Notes: a model not told the origin generated them from the sequence alone. DNA of 64,000 nucleotides from an uncultured Chloroflexia bacterium (GCA_963819655.1 CAWFXA010000002.1:1344001-1408000); one strand, 5' to 3'. Positions 18,619 to 29,676 are shown, counted from the first letter of the stretch. Translations and numbers: made by a program.

Positions 18619-19804
18619 TTAGCCAGTAAGTCGCGCCCCTGCTGGCTCGGCATCAGGCCCCGAGCCCTCGATGACGACGATCGCCAGCAGCGCCGCCGCT
18701 ACGACCAGCAACGGCCAGACCGGCTGCAGCGGCGCCACCAGGACGAGCGCCCCAAGCATCACCACGAGGATCGCCAGCCGCGGCACGAGCAGGCGCCCAC
18801 CGCACAGTCGGATGGACAGCGCCGAGCTGGCCACGAACAACGCGACACCGATGCCGAGTGACGCGAGGACGGCAGCCGGCGCGGGCTCGGCGGGATGTGC
18901 GCCGATCTCCTCGAGTCGCGACCGCGAACCCGACGATACCTCCGATCAGCGGGAAATGACCGAGGCTGAATGCATCGCGTGCAAGCGGGCCGTTGCGCTC
19001 CGGGGGCGCTGCCGCATAGAGATGCTCGAGGGCGTCCTTCAGCCAGCCGAAGTAGGTCCACCAGAGCAGGCACGCGACGATGATCGCGGCAAACGCCGCG
19101 GCAGCAAGCTGCAGGGATCGTTCGTCGTTCGCCACCGCGGTCCCGGCGACGATGAGTGACTCGCCGATCGCGATGATCACGAAGAGGCCGTGCCGCTCCG
19201 ACAGGTGCGCCGGGTTCAGGTCCCAGGTCGTGTTCCGTCCGGCGATGACGGCGGCCACGAGGTCGGCGAGGATCGCCAGCAACCAGACCCAGGGCCGCAC
19301 GGTCGGATCGACGACCGCGCCGACCAGGACGAGCACCAGCCCGATGGTGGACAGCCCGACCCACCTCACCACTCCCGGCGTGACTGCCGTCGTCGACCCG
19401 TCGCGATCGACCCAGACCTGGAGACCGAGGCCGAGCACGCGAACGAGCACGTATGGCGCTGCGAACCAGAGCGCATCGTCCGCGAACGCGCGCGGAACCG
19501 AGGCGGCCATGACGAGCGCCACGCCGGTCGCCGTCAACGTGATGATCCGGACGACGGGGTGGGTCGTGTCGGCCGGGTTGAGCGTCCACGTGAACTGTGT
19601 CCACGCCCACCAGATCAGCCAGCCGAGGAGGATCGACCGAAGGATCCCGTCGGGCGTCAGATCGTGCGCGGTCAGGACGGTCAGCTGCGTGACGGCGAAC
19701 ACGAAGACGAGGTCGAAGAAGAGCTCGACGAACGCCACCGATTGCGCATCCGCCGCGCGGATGCTGCCCCTCACCCTTTCCGCCACCTCCCGAGGGTAGC
19801 GCAC
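18619..19804 (-). CDS. ltrA: Low temperature requirement protein A family (frameshift near 18915)
   Basis: ELFFDLVFVFAVTQL, HLSERHGLFVIIAIGES. Confidence 0.85.
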
Positions 19805-19863
19805 GCAGAGGCTGCCATCGGCTAACGTCGGCGTGACCCACCGAGGATGCGAGAGGGACCGGA

Positions 19864-21202
19864 TTGCCCGGAGATTTCTGGAACGAGGCGATCGAGACGC
19901 TGTCGCCGATGGAGGTGCGGCGGCTCGAGAACGAGCGCCTCAGGGAGCAGATCGCCTACAACCACGCGACCAGCGCCGTTCTACCGCGCCAAGCTCGACT
20001 CGGCCGGCGTGCCGCCGGACCAGATCCGCCACGTCGAGGACCTCGCGCGGATCCCGTTCATGGAGAAGACCGAGGTCGCCGATTCGCAGGCCGACGGGAC
20101 GCTCCTCGGCGTCAATCAATGTGCCCCCCTCGACCAGATCGTCCGGATCCAGGCGACCGGTGGGACGACCGGCCAGCCGATCCGGATCGGCCTGACGCGC
20201 CGCGACATCGCCGATTACTGCGAGGTCGGCGCCCGGGCGCTGTGGGCGATGGGCTGCCGGCCGGGTGACATCGTCTTCGAGTGCATGAACTACAACCTGT
20301 ATTCGGGCGGTCTGAGCGACCACATGACGTTCGAGACTCTGGGCGCAGCGACGATCCCGTTCGGTGTCGGTCACTCCGAGCGGTTGATCCGCATGATGGC
20401 GGGGCTCAGGGACCCGGTCGGGATCTGGGCGACCCCGTCGTACGCGATCCGCCTGGCCGAGGTCGCCCAGGAGGTCGGCATCGAGCCGCGGTCGGTCGGG
20501 CTACGGCGGGGCTACTTCTCAGGCGAGGCCGGGCTGCAGGTCCCGGGCTACCGCGAAAGGATCGAGGACACCTGGGGCATGGTCGCGCGGGACCAGTACG
20601 GGACCGGCGAGCTCGGTCTCCATTCCGGCGAGTGCGACTACATGAACGGCGTGCACTACGGCGCGACCGGGATCGTCGTCGCTGAGTTGATCGACCCCGA
20701 CAGCGGCGAGCCCCTGCCGTTCATCGACGGGCAACAAGGCGAAGTCGTCTACACCTCGATCCGGCGCGAAGCCAGCCCGCTGATGCGGATGCGGTCCCAC
20801 GACCTGATGCAGGTGTTCACCGATCCCTGCCCGTGCGGGCGGACGAGCTTCCGGTTCCGCATCCTCGGTCGGTCCGACGACATGTTCATCGTCAAGGGCG
20901 TGAACGTCTTCCCGCTGGCGATCCAGGCCGCGCTCCTGAGCATCGCTCCGCGGGTCACGGGCGAGTTCCGGGTCGACATCGATCGACCTCCGCCGATCGA
21001 CTATCCAGTGCCGCTTGCCGTGGAAGTCGCGCGGGATGTCCCCGCGGCGCGACACGAGGAGCTTGCACGCGATGTCATGTCAGTGCTGCAGCGCGAAGTC
21101 AACTTCACCGCATCCGTGACCCTTGTCGAAGCCGGCAGCATCGCGACCGAAGGCAAGACACGCAGGGTCATCCGCAGCTATCGAGGGGAGGTCGCCTCGT
21201 GA
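19864..21202 (+). CDS. Phenylacetate-CoA ligase (PaaK) family protein (frameshift near 19975)
   Basis: RIQATGGTTGQP, ATPSYA, YGTGE, PCPCGRT, GRSDDMFIVKGVNVFP. Confidence 0.85.
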
Positions 21203-21957
21203 CAATGGTCGATGTCCAGGCCAGGGGCGAGGTCGGACTGATCACCCTCGATCGGCCGGACAAGCTCAACGCCATCAACGCCGAGATGCTGGACGGCCTC
21301 CTCGAAGCCGTCGAGGACATCGGCGCTTCGGAGACGATCGGCGCTGCGGTGCTGACCGGTCGTGGGCGCGCGTTCTCGACCGGTGGCGATATCACGGCCA
21401 TGTCCGGGATGGATGAGGACGAGTTCGCGGCCACGATCGCGCGCTACATGCGGGTCTCGGCCGCGTTCCGGGCATGCCCGAAGCCGATCGTCGCCGCGAT
21501 CCACGGCTACGCCCTGGCCGGCGGGTTCGAGCTCGCGCTGATGTGCGATGTCCGGTTCGCGGCGGCCGGCACGCAGTTCGGGCTGCCCGACACGCCCCTC
21601 GGCCTCAGCCCCACGAGCGGCATGACCTATCTCCTGCCACGGATCGTCGGGCTGGGCCGCGCCCTGTCCCTCGCCCTGGGGGCGGAGAACATCGACGCGG
21701 CGGAGGCCGAACGGATCGGGCTCGTCGACCGGGTGGTCGAACCCGATGCCTTGCTGGCCGAGGCCGAGGCGTTCGCACAGAAGATCGCCGCATACCCGCG
21801 GGTCGGCGTGGCGCGGACCAAGCAGCTGTTGCATGACGGCCTCGATGGCGACTTCGCGAGTGCGACCCGCCGCGAGGAGGAAGCCGAGCTGGCCTGCTTC
21901 CGCACGCCCGACACCCGCGAGCGGATGCGCGCTTTTGCCGATCGCAAGCGGCAGTAG
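21199..21957 (+). CDS. Enoyl-CoA hydratase/isomerase family protein
   Basis: DRPDKLNAIN, AFSTGGDI, GYALAGGFELALMCD. Confidence 0.9.
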   Translation: MTMVDVQARGEVGLITLDRPDKLNAINAEMLDGLLEAVEDIGASETIGAAVLTGRGRAFSTGGDITAMSGMDEDEFAATIARYMRVSAAFRACPKPIVAAIHGYALAGGFELALMCDVRFAAAGTQFGLPDTPLGLSPTSGMTYLLPRIVGLGRALSLALGAENIDAAEAERIGLVDRVVEPDALLAEAEAFAQKIAAYPRVGVARTKQLLHDGLDGDFASATRREEEAELACFRTPDTRERMRAFADRKRQ

Positions 21958-21978
21958 GCTCGCCTCGTTGGATCTGAC

Positions 21979-22695
21979 ATGAGCCTGTTCCGCTACGACC
22001 AGGAGATCGTCGCCCGGTATCCGGGGATCGTCGGTGGCGTGTTGCGGGCCGACGGCATCCAGAACGGTCCGTCCACGGACGAGCTCTCGGAGGCATTCAG
22101 GGCCGAGCAGCGCGCCGTCCTCGAGCGCCTTGGTGACACCCCGCTCTCCGAGGTCCCGAGCCTTGCGGCCTGGCGTCGCGCTTTCAGAGCCTTCGGCGTC
22201 GACCCGACCGCCTATCGATCCGCGGCCGAGGCGCTGCTGCGGAGACTGACGAAGCAGGGATCGATCCCGTCGATCAACACGCTCGTCGACATCGGAAATC
22301 TCGTCAGCATCCGTTACGCGCTGCCTGTCGCGATGTTCGACCTCGGGTCGATCAGCGGCGGCTTGACGGTCCGGCTCGCTACGGGCGAGGAGTCCTTCAC
22401 CGACCTCGGATCCGGGGCGACCGAGCAACCCGAGCCTGGCGAGGTCATCTTCATCGACGAGGCCGGCCACGTCGCCGCGCGCCGCTGGTGCTGGCGTCAG
22501 TCGGCCGAGAGCGCGAGCTCCGCATCGACCACGGACGTGATCGTCACCGTCGAAGGGCAGCACGACGGCGCACGCGAAGACGTCGAGGCGGCGCTGGCCG
22601 ACCTCGACGCCCTGCTTCGATCCTTCGCCGGCGCCTCGGCGACCCAGAGCGCCGTCCTCGGGGCAGCCTCAACGGAGTTTCCACCCACATGCTAG
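21979..22695 (+). CDS. B3/B4 (PheRS-beta-like) domain protein
   Basis: YRSAAEALLRR, PSINTLVDIGN, RRWCWRQS. Confidence 0.9.
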   Translation: MSLFRYDQEIVARYPGIVGGVLRADGIQNGPSTDELSEAFRAEQRAVLERLGDTPLSEVPSLAAWRRAFRAFGVDPTAYRSAAEALLRRLTKQGSIPSINTLVDIGNLVSIRYALPVAMFDLGSISGGLTVRLATGEESFTDLGSGATEQPEPGEVIFIDEAGHVAARRWCWRQSAESASSASTTDVIVTVEGQHDGAREDVEAALADLDALLRSFAGASATQSAVLGAASTEFPPTC

Positions 22696-22752
22696 GCGGT
22701 GGCGTCGGCGAGCGGGGCCTTCTCTCGGGAACGCCCCGTCGGCGAACTCGCC

Positions 22753-23370
22753 TCAGTTCGCAGCAATGACGGCGGTCATGAGGTCCGTCGGATGGACCGC
22801 CGGCTGGCCCGACTGCGCCATGACCAGGTGGCCGCCGACGATCGCGAGCGCGCTCGCGATCGGTCCGCTAACGAGCCCGACCTTGACGCCTCCGATCGTC
22901 TCGTACGACAGGTCCCCGTTGACCTCGGCGGCGACGGCCGCGGCGACTGACTCGAACAGGCCGGGCTGCTCCGCCACCTCGGCTGGCATCGCAAGAACGA
23001 CGAGAACCGCGACCGACTTGCCGGCCGCGCGGATGAAGCGGAAGCCGATCGGGAAGTCGGTCGGCGCGTACCCCGCACCGGCGCTCTCGACGAGATCGGA
23101 CGAGAGGCCCCGGATGTTCCCGGACAGTTGGTCGTAATCCGAGGCGCTCGGTTGTTCAAGCTCGTACGGCGGCGCGATCCGGAGCGCGGTCGCCGGGTCC
23201 ACCCCCGCGGAGGGGCTCGCGGGGGCTGGCGAGCTCGACGGCGTGGGGAGCGCGGCGGGCGTCGCTTCGGCGGTCGGGGCCGTGACTGGCGATGGCGTGA
23301 GGGTCGACGGGTTCGAGCACGCCGCGAAGGCCAGCGCGACGACCAGTGACAAGGAACGTGGCGCCGCCAT
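22753..23370 (-). CDS. Hypothetical lipoprotein
   Basis: Lipobox LAFAAC and Pro/Ser/Thr linker. Confidence 0.7.
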   Translation of the reverse strand: MAAPRSLSLVVALAFAACSNPSTLTPSPVTAPTAEATPAALPTPSSSPAPASPSAGVDPATALRIAPPYELEQPSASDYDQLSGNIRGLSSDLVESAGAGYAPTDFPIGFRFIRAAGKSVAVLVVLAMPAEVAEQPGLFESVAAAVAAEVNGDLSYETIGGVKVGLVSGPIASALAIVGGHLVMAQSGQPAVHPTDLMTAVIAAN

Positions 23371-23451
23371 CGGCCGATCATACATGCGCGAAATAGGGTC
23401 GCTTTGGCCCCTGGATCGCCTCGGCGGACTCGGTCGCGAACGTCGTCAGGC

Positions 23452-24570
23452 TCAGCGCAGCGATCGATAAAAGGCTCGGATGTCGCCGATCAGCTCGTTC
23501 GGTGCCTTGTGGGCCGCGAAGTGCCCGCCCCTTGGATACATGTTCCAGCTGACGATGTTGCTGTGCTCGCGCTCGGCGAAGCGGCGGATGCCGCTGAAGT
23601 CGCCGCCGAACCCTGCCAGGCCGAGGGGCACCATCGTTGGTTCGGTCGGGCGATGCTCGGCGTGGGCGTTCTCGTAGTACAGCCGCCCGGCCGAGGCGGC
23701 CGTCCCCGTCAGCCAGTACAACATCACGTTCGAGAGCTGGAAGTCCTCGTCCAGGTCCTCGCCCAGCAGCTGGGCGTTCCAGGCGAGCAGCCCAAGGGGC
23801 GAGTCGGTGATCGCGTAGGCCACCGTCTGCGGCTGCTCCGAGAAGACCTTGTTGAATGACATCTTGTTCTCGAAGAACCACTGGAGCGTCCCCAGCTCGG
23901 TCATCTCTTCCGGGGTCATGCCCTCGAACTCGGACGGATCGCCCGACGGGAACGAGAAGATCTGCGTGACGTGGACGCCGACAACGTGGTCGGGATCGAG
24001 CCGGCCGACCTCGGGCGAGATCATCGAGCCAGCGTCGTTGCCGGCCGCGCCGTATCGCTCGTAACCGAGGCGGCGCATCAGCTCGGCCCACGCGGCGGCG
24101 ATCCGATAGTTGCTCCAACCGCGCTCGCGCGTCGGGCCTGAAAGCCCGTAGCCGGGGATCGACGGGATCACCAGATCGAATGCGTCGGCCGGGTCGCCAC
24201 CGTGAGCCCGTGGGTCGCTGAGCGGACCGATGATGTCGAAGAACTCGAGGATCGACCCGGGCCAGCCGTGGGTGACGATGAGGGGTAATGCGTTCGGCTC
24301 GGGGGAGCGGACGTGAAGGAAGTGGATGTTCTGGCCGTCGATGTCGGTCGTGAACTGCGGATGGGCATTGATCCGGGTCTCGGTCGCCCGCCAGTCGTAC
24401 CGGCTCCGCCAGTAGTCGTAGAGCGAGCGGACGTACGACTGCTTGATTCCGTCATCGGCCTCGCCAGGGAGCTCGTCAGGCCAGCGCGCCCGGTCGAGTC
24501 GATCGCGCAGGTCGTCGAGGTCGGCCTGCGGGATGTCGATGGAGAAGGGCAGGATCGTCGAGTCGCCCAT
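23452..24570 (-). CDS. Epoxide hydrolase
   Basis: EH N-terminal domain, HGWPGS, GNDAG, GGHFAAH. Confidence 0.92.
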   Translation of the reverse strand: MGDSTILPFSIDIPQADLDDLRDRLDRARWPDELPGEADDGIKQSYVRSLYDYWRSRYDWRATETRINAHPQFTTDIDGQNIHFLHVRSPEPNALPLIVTHGWPGSILEFFDIIGPLSDPRAHGGDPADAFDLVIPSIPGYGLSGPTRERGWSNYRIAAAWAELMRRLGYERYGAAGNDAGSMISPEVGRLDPDHVVGVHVTQIFSFPSGDPSEFEGMTPEEMTELGTLQWFFENKMSFNKVFSEQPQTVAYAITDSPLGLLAWNAQLLGEDLDEDFQLSNVMLYWLTGTAASAGRLYYENAHAEHRPTEPTMVPLGLAGFGGDFSGIRRFAEREHSNIVSWNMYPRGGHFAAHKAPNELIGDIRAFYRSLR

Positions 24571-24594
24571 GGGGTCTGCCTCCGTTTCGTGCTC

Positions 24595-24621
24595 TGGAAC
24601 GGAATAAAGTGTTCCGTTCCA
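24595..24621. promoter_or_regulatory. TetR operator
   Basis: TGGAACGGAA-N7-TTCCGTTCCA between the divergent hydrolase and TetR genes. Confidence 0.8.
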
Positions 24622-24651
24622 TTATGACCAAAGGCGGCTATCTTGTCCAGC

Positions 24652-25287
24652 ATGGAATCGCAGGAGCGGCTGAGCGGTCGGCGAGCGCAGGCGCGACGGA
24701 ATGACCCGCTGATCCGACAGGCCGCCAGGGAGGTCTTCACGGCGCATCCGGACGCGCCGATGTCGGCGGTTGCCGCGCGCGCCGGTGTCGGCATCAGCGC
24801 GCTGTATCGCCGCTATGCCAGCAAGGAGGACCTGCTTCGAGAGGTCGCGCGCGACGGGCTCCAGCAGTACCTCAACGAAGCCGAGGCGGCCGTCGCCGAC
24901 GACCGCGACCCGTGGACTGCCTTCGTCGAGTTCATGGAGCGACTCCTCGACGCGCAGACCGTCGCGATCACGATGAACTTGGCCGGCACGTTCGCCCCGA
25001 ACGAGGAGCTGTATGCGATGTCCGTGCGGGCAGCCGACCTGAACACCCGGATCGTCGAGCGGACGAAGGCCGCGGGCGACCTCCGGCCCGAAGTGGTCGT
25101 CGACGACCTGTCGATGATTCTCGAGCAGGTGTCATCGCTTCGGCTCGGCGACGCGTCGCGGACCCGCGAGCTCCGTCGTCGCTACCTGTCGTTATTCCTG
25201 GACGGCCTTCGATCCGAGGGAACGGAACCGCTACCTGGTCCACCGCCGAGGCCCGACGAGCTCGCGTCGAGGTGGTCGCCAGAGTAG
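24652..25287 (+). CDS. TetR/AcrR family regulator
   Basis: MSAVAARAGVGISALYRRYASKEDL. Confidence 0.92.
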   Translation: MESQERLSGRRAQARRNDPLIRQAAREVFTAHPDAPMSAVAARAGVGISALYRRYASKEDLLREVARDGLQQYLNEAEAAVADDRDPWTAFVEFMERLLDAQTVAITMNLAGTFAPNEELYAMSVRAADLNTRIVERTKAAGDLRPEVVVDDLSMILEQVSSLRLGDASRTRELRRRYLSLFLDGLRSEGTEPLPGPPPRPDELASRWSPE

Positions 25288-25291
25288 GGGA

Positions 25292-25465
25292 TCAGCTCCC
25301 GACCACGATGGCGTCGAGATCGACCCGTGGTCGACTGCTCGTGCCGAGCACCCTGATCGAGATAGTCCGGCTGGACGAGGTCGACCGGTTGGCCGCCCAC
25401 TCGACGCGCTAGTTCTGGTAGGTGCTCGCGTACAGGTCGATGGTCGCCGTGAGCGCGAATGGGTT
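25292..25465 (-). pseudogene. Remnant of an extracellular beta-sandwich C-terminal domain
   Basis: Reads ATIDLYASTYQN*RVEWAANRSTSSSRTISIRVLGTSSRPRVDLDAIVVGS*; no start codon, internal TAG at 25409. Confidence 0.55.
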
Positions 25466-25467
25466 CC

Positions 25468-26796
25468 TTAGCGGAGGCGCATCGGCATCCCGTTGCGGGG
25501 CCGTAGCGTCACCTGCGGGTCGATCCGGACGACGTGGCCCGGCGCGACCGATGGTCGAAATCGCTGCACCAGCGTCGCAAGGATGATCTTCGCTTCCATC
25601 AAGGCGAACTGCACGCCCATGCATTGACGCGGCCCGCCGCCGAACGGGAAGTACGCGAAACGATCCGGCCCGGTGGGGATGCCGCCCCGGAATCGCTCCG
25701 GTCGGAATGATTCCGGGTCCTCCCAGAATGCCGGGTGACGGTGCGTGACGTACGGGCTGACGATGACGAACTTGCCGCGTGGGATCCGTCGACCTCCGAT
25801 CGTGTCGTCCCGGAGCGGCGTCCTCGTCGTCGACCAGGCCGGCGGATAGAGGCGCAAGGTCTCGTCGATCGTCATAGAAGTGAGCGGGAGCTTGGCTAGA
25901 TCCTCGAGCTGGACCGGTCGATCTCCGACGACCGCCTTTACCTCGTCGCTGACGCCCTCTCTGACGTGCCTGTGCTGGTCGAGCAGATACCACGACCAGG
26001 TCAGTGCGACGGACGTCGATTTATGACCGGCCATCAGCATGGTCATCACTTCGTCGCGTATCTCGCGCTCGGAGATTGGCGTACCTGTCCCGGCGTCCCG
26101 AGCGTCAAGGAGGATGTCGAGGAAGTTGGACGGACCCGATCGATCGGCCCGGCGTCGTGCGATCAGGTCGAAGATGAACGCGTCGAGGATCCCGCGCGCC
26201 TCGATGAACCGACGGTTGGCCGGCAGCGGGACCCACAGCGGCCACGCCACGAGTGACTCGATACGCCTGATCAGGTGGCGGAGCGACTCATCGATCGAGG
26301 GACCGACTCGCTTGGCGTCCGATGCAGCGTCGACACCCAGAAGCGTCCGGGCGGCGACCGTCAACGTCAGGCTCATCATCTCGGTCGACATGTCGACCAC
26401 GGCGTCGGCTGGCAGTCGATCCCACCGGTCGGCCACCTCGCGCACCGCCGTTTCCATGGTGGCCGCCATCGATGCGACGTGGTCGCGATGGAAGGCAGGC
26501 TGGAGAAGTCGGCGCCGCGAGAGCCATCGGTCTCCCTCGCTCGTCGCCAGGCCATTTCCGAGTAGCTCGACGAACCGGGCGTTGTGCCACGGCACCTTGC
26601 CGTAGTCCTGGTTGGCATCACGAAGTACACGATCGACGTCGTGCGGATGCACGACCAGATAGGCGTCGAACGGGCCTCCGAGCCGGAACCGCACCACGTC
26701 GCCTTGCTCGCGCCAGGCATGAAGGTAAGTGCCAAGTGGGTCGCGTCGGAGCGCCCGCGCGTCGGATCGAAGCCAACCACTGCTGACCGCGGTCAT
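25468..26796 (-). CDS. Cytochrome P450
   Basis: AGHKST (I-helix), ETLR (ExxR), PERF, FPFGGGPRQCMG heme motif. Confidence 0.95.
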   Translation of the reverse strand: MTAVSSGWLRSDARALRRDPLGTYLHAWREQGDVVRFRLGGPFDAYLVVHPHDVDRVLRDANQDYGKVPWHNARFVELLGNGLATSEGDRWLSRRRLLQPAFHRDHVASMAATMETAVREVADRWDRLPADAVVDMSTEMMSLTLTVAARTLLGVDAASDAKRVGPSIDESLRHLIRRIESLVAWPLWVPLPANRRFIEARGILDAFIFDLIARRRADRSGPSNFLDILLDARDAGTGTPISEREIRDEVMTMLMAGHKSTSVALTWSWYLLDQHRHVREGVSDEVKAVVGDRPVQLEDLAKLPLTSMTIDETLRLYPPAWSTTRTPLRDDTIGGRRIPRGKFVIVSPYVTHRHPAFWEDPESFRPERFRGGIPTGPDRFAYFPFGGGPRQCMGVQFALMEAKIILATLVQRFRPSVAPGHVVRIDPQVTLRPRNGMPMRLR

Positions 26797-26934
26797 ATCG
26801 CCATCCCTTAGCGGAGCGTTGCCATAAACATGATATCAGCAAGTATCACGTTATAACAGAGCTAGAGACGGGTACGACGCGGTACCCATCGAGCCCGGGA
26901 TCAGCACGACCTCGCCCGCCCGGGGTCGGTTAAG

Positions 26935-27876
26935 TCAGTCGGGCGATCTCGCGGCGTCCATGACCTCACGAAGGCTTTCGACCGGACCGAGATGCGCGAG
27001 CTTGTCCGGGTTGACCACTGAACGGATCGTCGTGACTCGGCCGTCGACGACCTCGATCGACATCACCGAGAACACGCCGCCGTGCGGGCCGCGGAAGATG
27101 ACGCCGGGTTGGCCGTTGATCCGGTGCAGCTCGAAGGTCGCGCCGAGCGTCTTGGTCTGCCGGCCCATCTGGGCGAACAGTCGGGCGACCTTGTCGGCGC
27201 CGACGATCGGCTCGTACCACTGCGGGACCTTGCCGCCACCGTCGCCATGGACGATCGCGCCCTCCGCGAGCAGCTCGATCAGGCCGTCGACATCGCCCCG
27301 CTCCGCCGCGCCGACGAACCGGTTGACGAGTTCGTCGCGCTCGGCCTCATCGGTGTCGAAACGAGGCCGGTTCTCGGCGATGAAGCGCCTCGCACGCACC
27401 GCATGCTGACGGCACGTCGCCGCGGACTTGCGGACGATCCTCCCGATCTCCTCGAAGTCGTAGTCGAACACATCGTGGAGCAGGAAGATCGCCCGCTCGA
27501 CCGGGGTCAGCCGCTCGAGCAGGACAAGGAACGACATCGACACCGAGTCGGCCAGCTCGGCGTGTACGGCCGGGTCGCCGGCGCCCTCGTCTGTCACGAG
27601 CGGCTCCGGCAGCCACTCGCCGACATACGTCTCGCGTCGGACCCGGGCCGATCGAAGGTGGTCGATCGCCAGACGGGTGACGATCGCCGAGAGGTATGCC
27701 TTCGGCGACTCGACCGCGGCGTCCTTGTCGATGGCCCGCTGATAGCGGACGAACGCCTCCTGCACGACGTCCTCGGCCTCGCTGACGCTCCCGAGCATCC
27801 GGTAGGCGATCGAGAACAACAGCGGACGAAGATCGACATAGGCTTCGGCGACACCCGCGTCGACGTCGGGGTTCAC
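26935..27876 (-). CDS. ECF41/SigJ-type sigma factor with SnoaL-like extension
   Basis: YVGEWLPEP, DGGGKV, NPDKL. Confidence 0.92.
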   Translation of the reverse strand: MNPDVDAGVAEAYVDLRPLLFSIAYRMLGSVSEAEDVVQEAFVRYQRAIDKDAAVESPKAYLSAIVTRLAIDHLRSARVRRETYVGEWLPEPLVTDEGAGDPAVHAELADSVSMSFLVLLERLTPVERAIFLLHDVFDYDFEEIGRIVRKSAATCRQHAVRARRFIAENRPRFDTDEAERDELVNRFVGAAERGDVDGLIELLAEGAIVHGDGGGKVPQWYEPIVGADKVARLFAQMGRQTKTLGATFELHRINGQPGVIFRGPHGGVFSVMSIEVVDGRVTTIRSVVNPDKLAHLGPVESLREVMDAARSPD

Positions 27877-28859
27877 GCTGCCGAGATTGCCTCATGTTCG
27901 AGGTCTGGTGCACGCGGTGGCAGCGGCACCGGTGTGTCGAGCCCGCGCCGGAAGCCCTCCCGCCAGCTCGGCCAGATCGGCTGCCAGTCGAGCTCGCGCT
28001 TCGCCTTGGCGTTCGACGACCCGCGGCCCTCGGTCATCATCGTCACCGCGACCTCGCCCGCGACCAGCCGGCCGAGCCAGGCGGGGATGCGCAGCGGCCT
28101 AGGCGCTCCGAGCGCCTCGGCGATCGCCGGGATGAACTCCCGGGTCGGCGTCGGTTCGTCGTCGACGATGTTGTAGATGCCGTGCCGACCCCGCTCGAGC
28201 GCGGACAGTGTCCCGCTCGCCGCGTCGTCGATGTGCGTCGACGACACGATCCCTGCCCCGTTGCCGATCACTGGGAACATCCGCTTGCGCAGGATGCCTC
28301 CGAGCGCCTCGGACGAGCCTGGCCCGTAGAGGCCGCCGTACCGCACGACGATCCCCTCGAGCGGTGCTTCGAGTACGGCGCGCTCGAGGTATCTGATCGC
28401 GGCGAGGGTCTGCGTCTGCGCCTTGACAGGGTGCGGATCCAGCGGGTCGTCCTCCGTCTTGATCCACGAGCCCTCGCGGCTGTTGCTCCAGCCGGTGAAG
28501 CTCTGGGCGATGAATCGCTTGACGCCGCTTGCCTTCGCCGCGGCGAGGAGGTTGTCCGTCCCCTCGGTCCGGAGCCGGTTCGTCAGTGCGAACCAGCGGT
28601 CGAAGTGCTTGAAGTCGGGCGTGCCCGACAGGGCGGTCATCTGGTGGATGATCGCGTCGGGCTCGGCTCGGGCCACGGCCTCGCCGATGCCGACAGGGTC
28701 AAGGCCGTCGACCACGATCGGCTCCGCGCCGAGTCGCCGGATCTGCTCCGCCGATTCCGGCCGTGAGGCGGTCCCCGTCACCTGGTGGCCGCGAGCGACC
28801 AGCATCGGAAGTAGTCGGCGTCCGACGGCGCCGCCGGCGCCTGCAACAAAGACCCGCAT
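27873..28859 (-). CDS. NAD-dependent epimerase/dehydratase family protein
   Basis: VAGAGGAVG, TNRLRTEGT, SNAKAKRELDW. Confidence 0.9.
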   Translation of the reverse strand: MRVFVAGAGGAVGRRLLPMLVARGHQVTGTASRPESAEQIRRLGAEPIVVDGLDPVGIGEAVARAEPDAIIHQMTALSGTPDFKHFDRWFALTNRLRTEGTDNLLAAAKASGVKRFIAQSFTGWSNSREGSWIKTEDDPLDPHPVKAQTQTLAAIRYLERAVLEAPLEGIVVRYGGLYGPGSSEALGGILRKRMFPVIGNGAGIVSSTHIDDAASGTLSALERGRHGIYNIVDDEPTPTREFIPAIAEALGAPRPLRIPAWLGRLVAGEVAVTMMTEGRGSSNAKAKRELDWQPIWPSWREGFRRGLDTPVPLPPRAPDLEHEAISAA

Positions 28860-28891
28860 GATTGGGCCTCCTTTCTCGTCTCTGCACACAA

Positions 28892-28918
28892 GACGAGATA
28901 GGGCCCAGTCACGTGAAA
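28892..28918 (-). promoter_or_regulatory. ECF41-type promoter
   Basis: TTTCACG-N16-CGTC versus the ECF41 consensus TGTCACA-N16-CGTC. Confidence 0.65.
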
Positions 28919-28987
28919 CGGGGTCATGTCCCTGAATGTAGCGTCGCCGGCCCGCGTGGGCCGGCGACATTCGAATAGTGGGAGTCC

Positions 28988-29485
28988 CTAGCGGAGCTGC
29001 GCTCGCATGACGCCGCCGGGGTGCTGGACGTTGTGCAGGTTGATGTAGAAGGCGCCAGGGTTCCGCAGGATCGCGCTGAGATCGTCGCGGTCACCGTGCA
29101 CGCAGGTGGTTCCGGTCGGATACGACGTCGGCGCCGGGGCCGCCGCCGCGCCGCCGAAGATGTCGACCGTGATGGGCCCGGCGACTCCCGCGGCCGCGAG
29201 GTGGACGTGGGCCACGTGCGGGAGCGCATCGCCCGCCGTCAGCGTGATCGCACCAAAGCTCCAGCAGACCTCTTCCTGGCCCGGATTGATAGTGAGCGTG
29301 ACGCTGCCGCGATCGGCGTCGCCGTGGGGATTGATGGGCTGCCCCGCCGCATCGAACTCGTTCGCGCCGCTCAACGCGAGGTTGAACGGTCGCCCACCGT
29401 TGTCGGCGAGCGCCGTCCCGACAGAGAGTGCGATCGTCAGCATGAGCGCCGGCAGGAGCAACGCCAGTAGTCTGAATCTACGCAT
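28988..29485 (-). CDS. Secreted CHRD domain protein
   Basis: Signal peptide; LSGANE, AHVH, FYINLHNVQHPGGVMRAQL. Confidence 0.9.
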   Translation of the reverse strand: MRRFRLLALLLPALMLTIALSVGTALADNGGRPFNLALSGANEFDAAGQPINPHGDADRGSVTLTINPGQEEVCWSFGAITLTAGDALPHVAHVHLAAAGVAGPITVDIFGGAAAAPAPTSYPTGTTCVHGDRDDLSAILRNPGAFYINLHNVQHPGGVMRAQLR

Positions 29486-29676
29486 GTCCGGTCCTCCAAA
29501 GCTGTAGCCCCGGTGGTGTTGGGTACGCGGCGGAGCTTTCTGTGGTTTTCTGGTCGCCGGTCGGGTGGACGGGCGACTTCGGGTTGCGAACCCACCACGT
29601 CGTCATGTGGCTTCGAGCGGCTCGATCCGCTGTCGATCTCGAGGGCTGCCCTAAAGTCGGTCGCGCCCTGACGTTT

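Noticed and set aside
25409-25411. Amber read-through (pyrrolysine or recoding) here and at 37336
   Set aside because: Both TAGs lie in decayed sequences, and TAG serves as a normal stop in many genes in this window.
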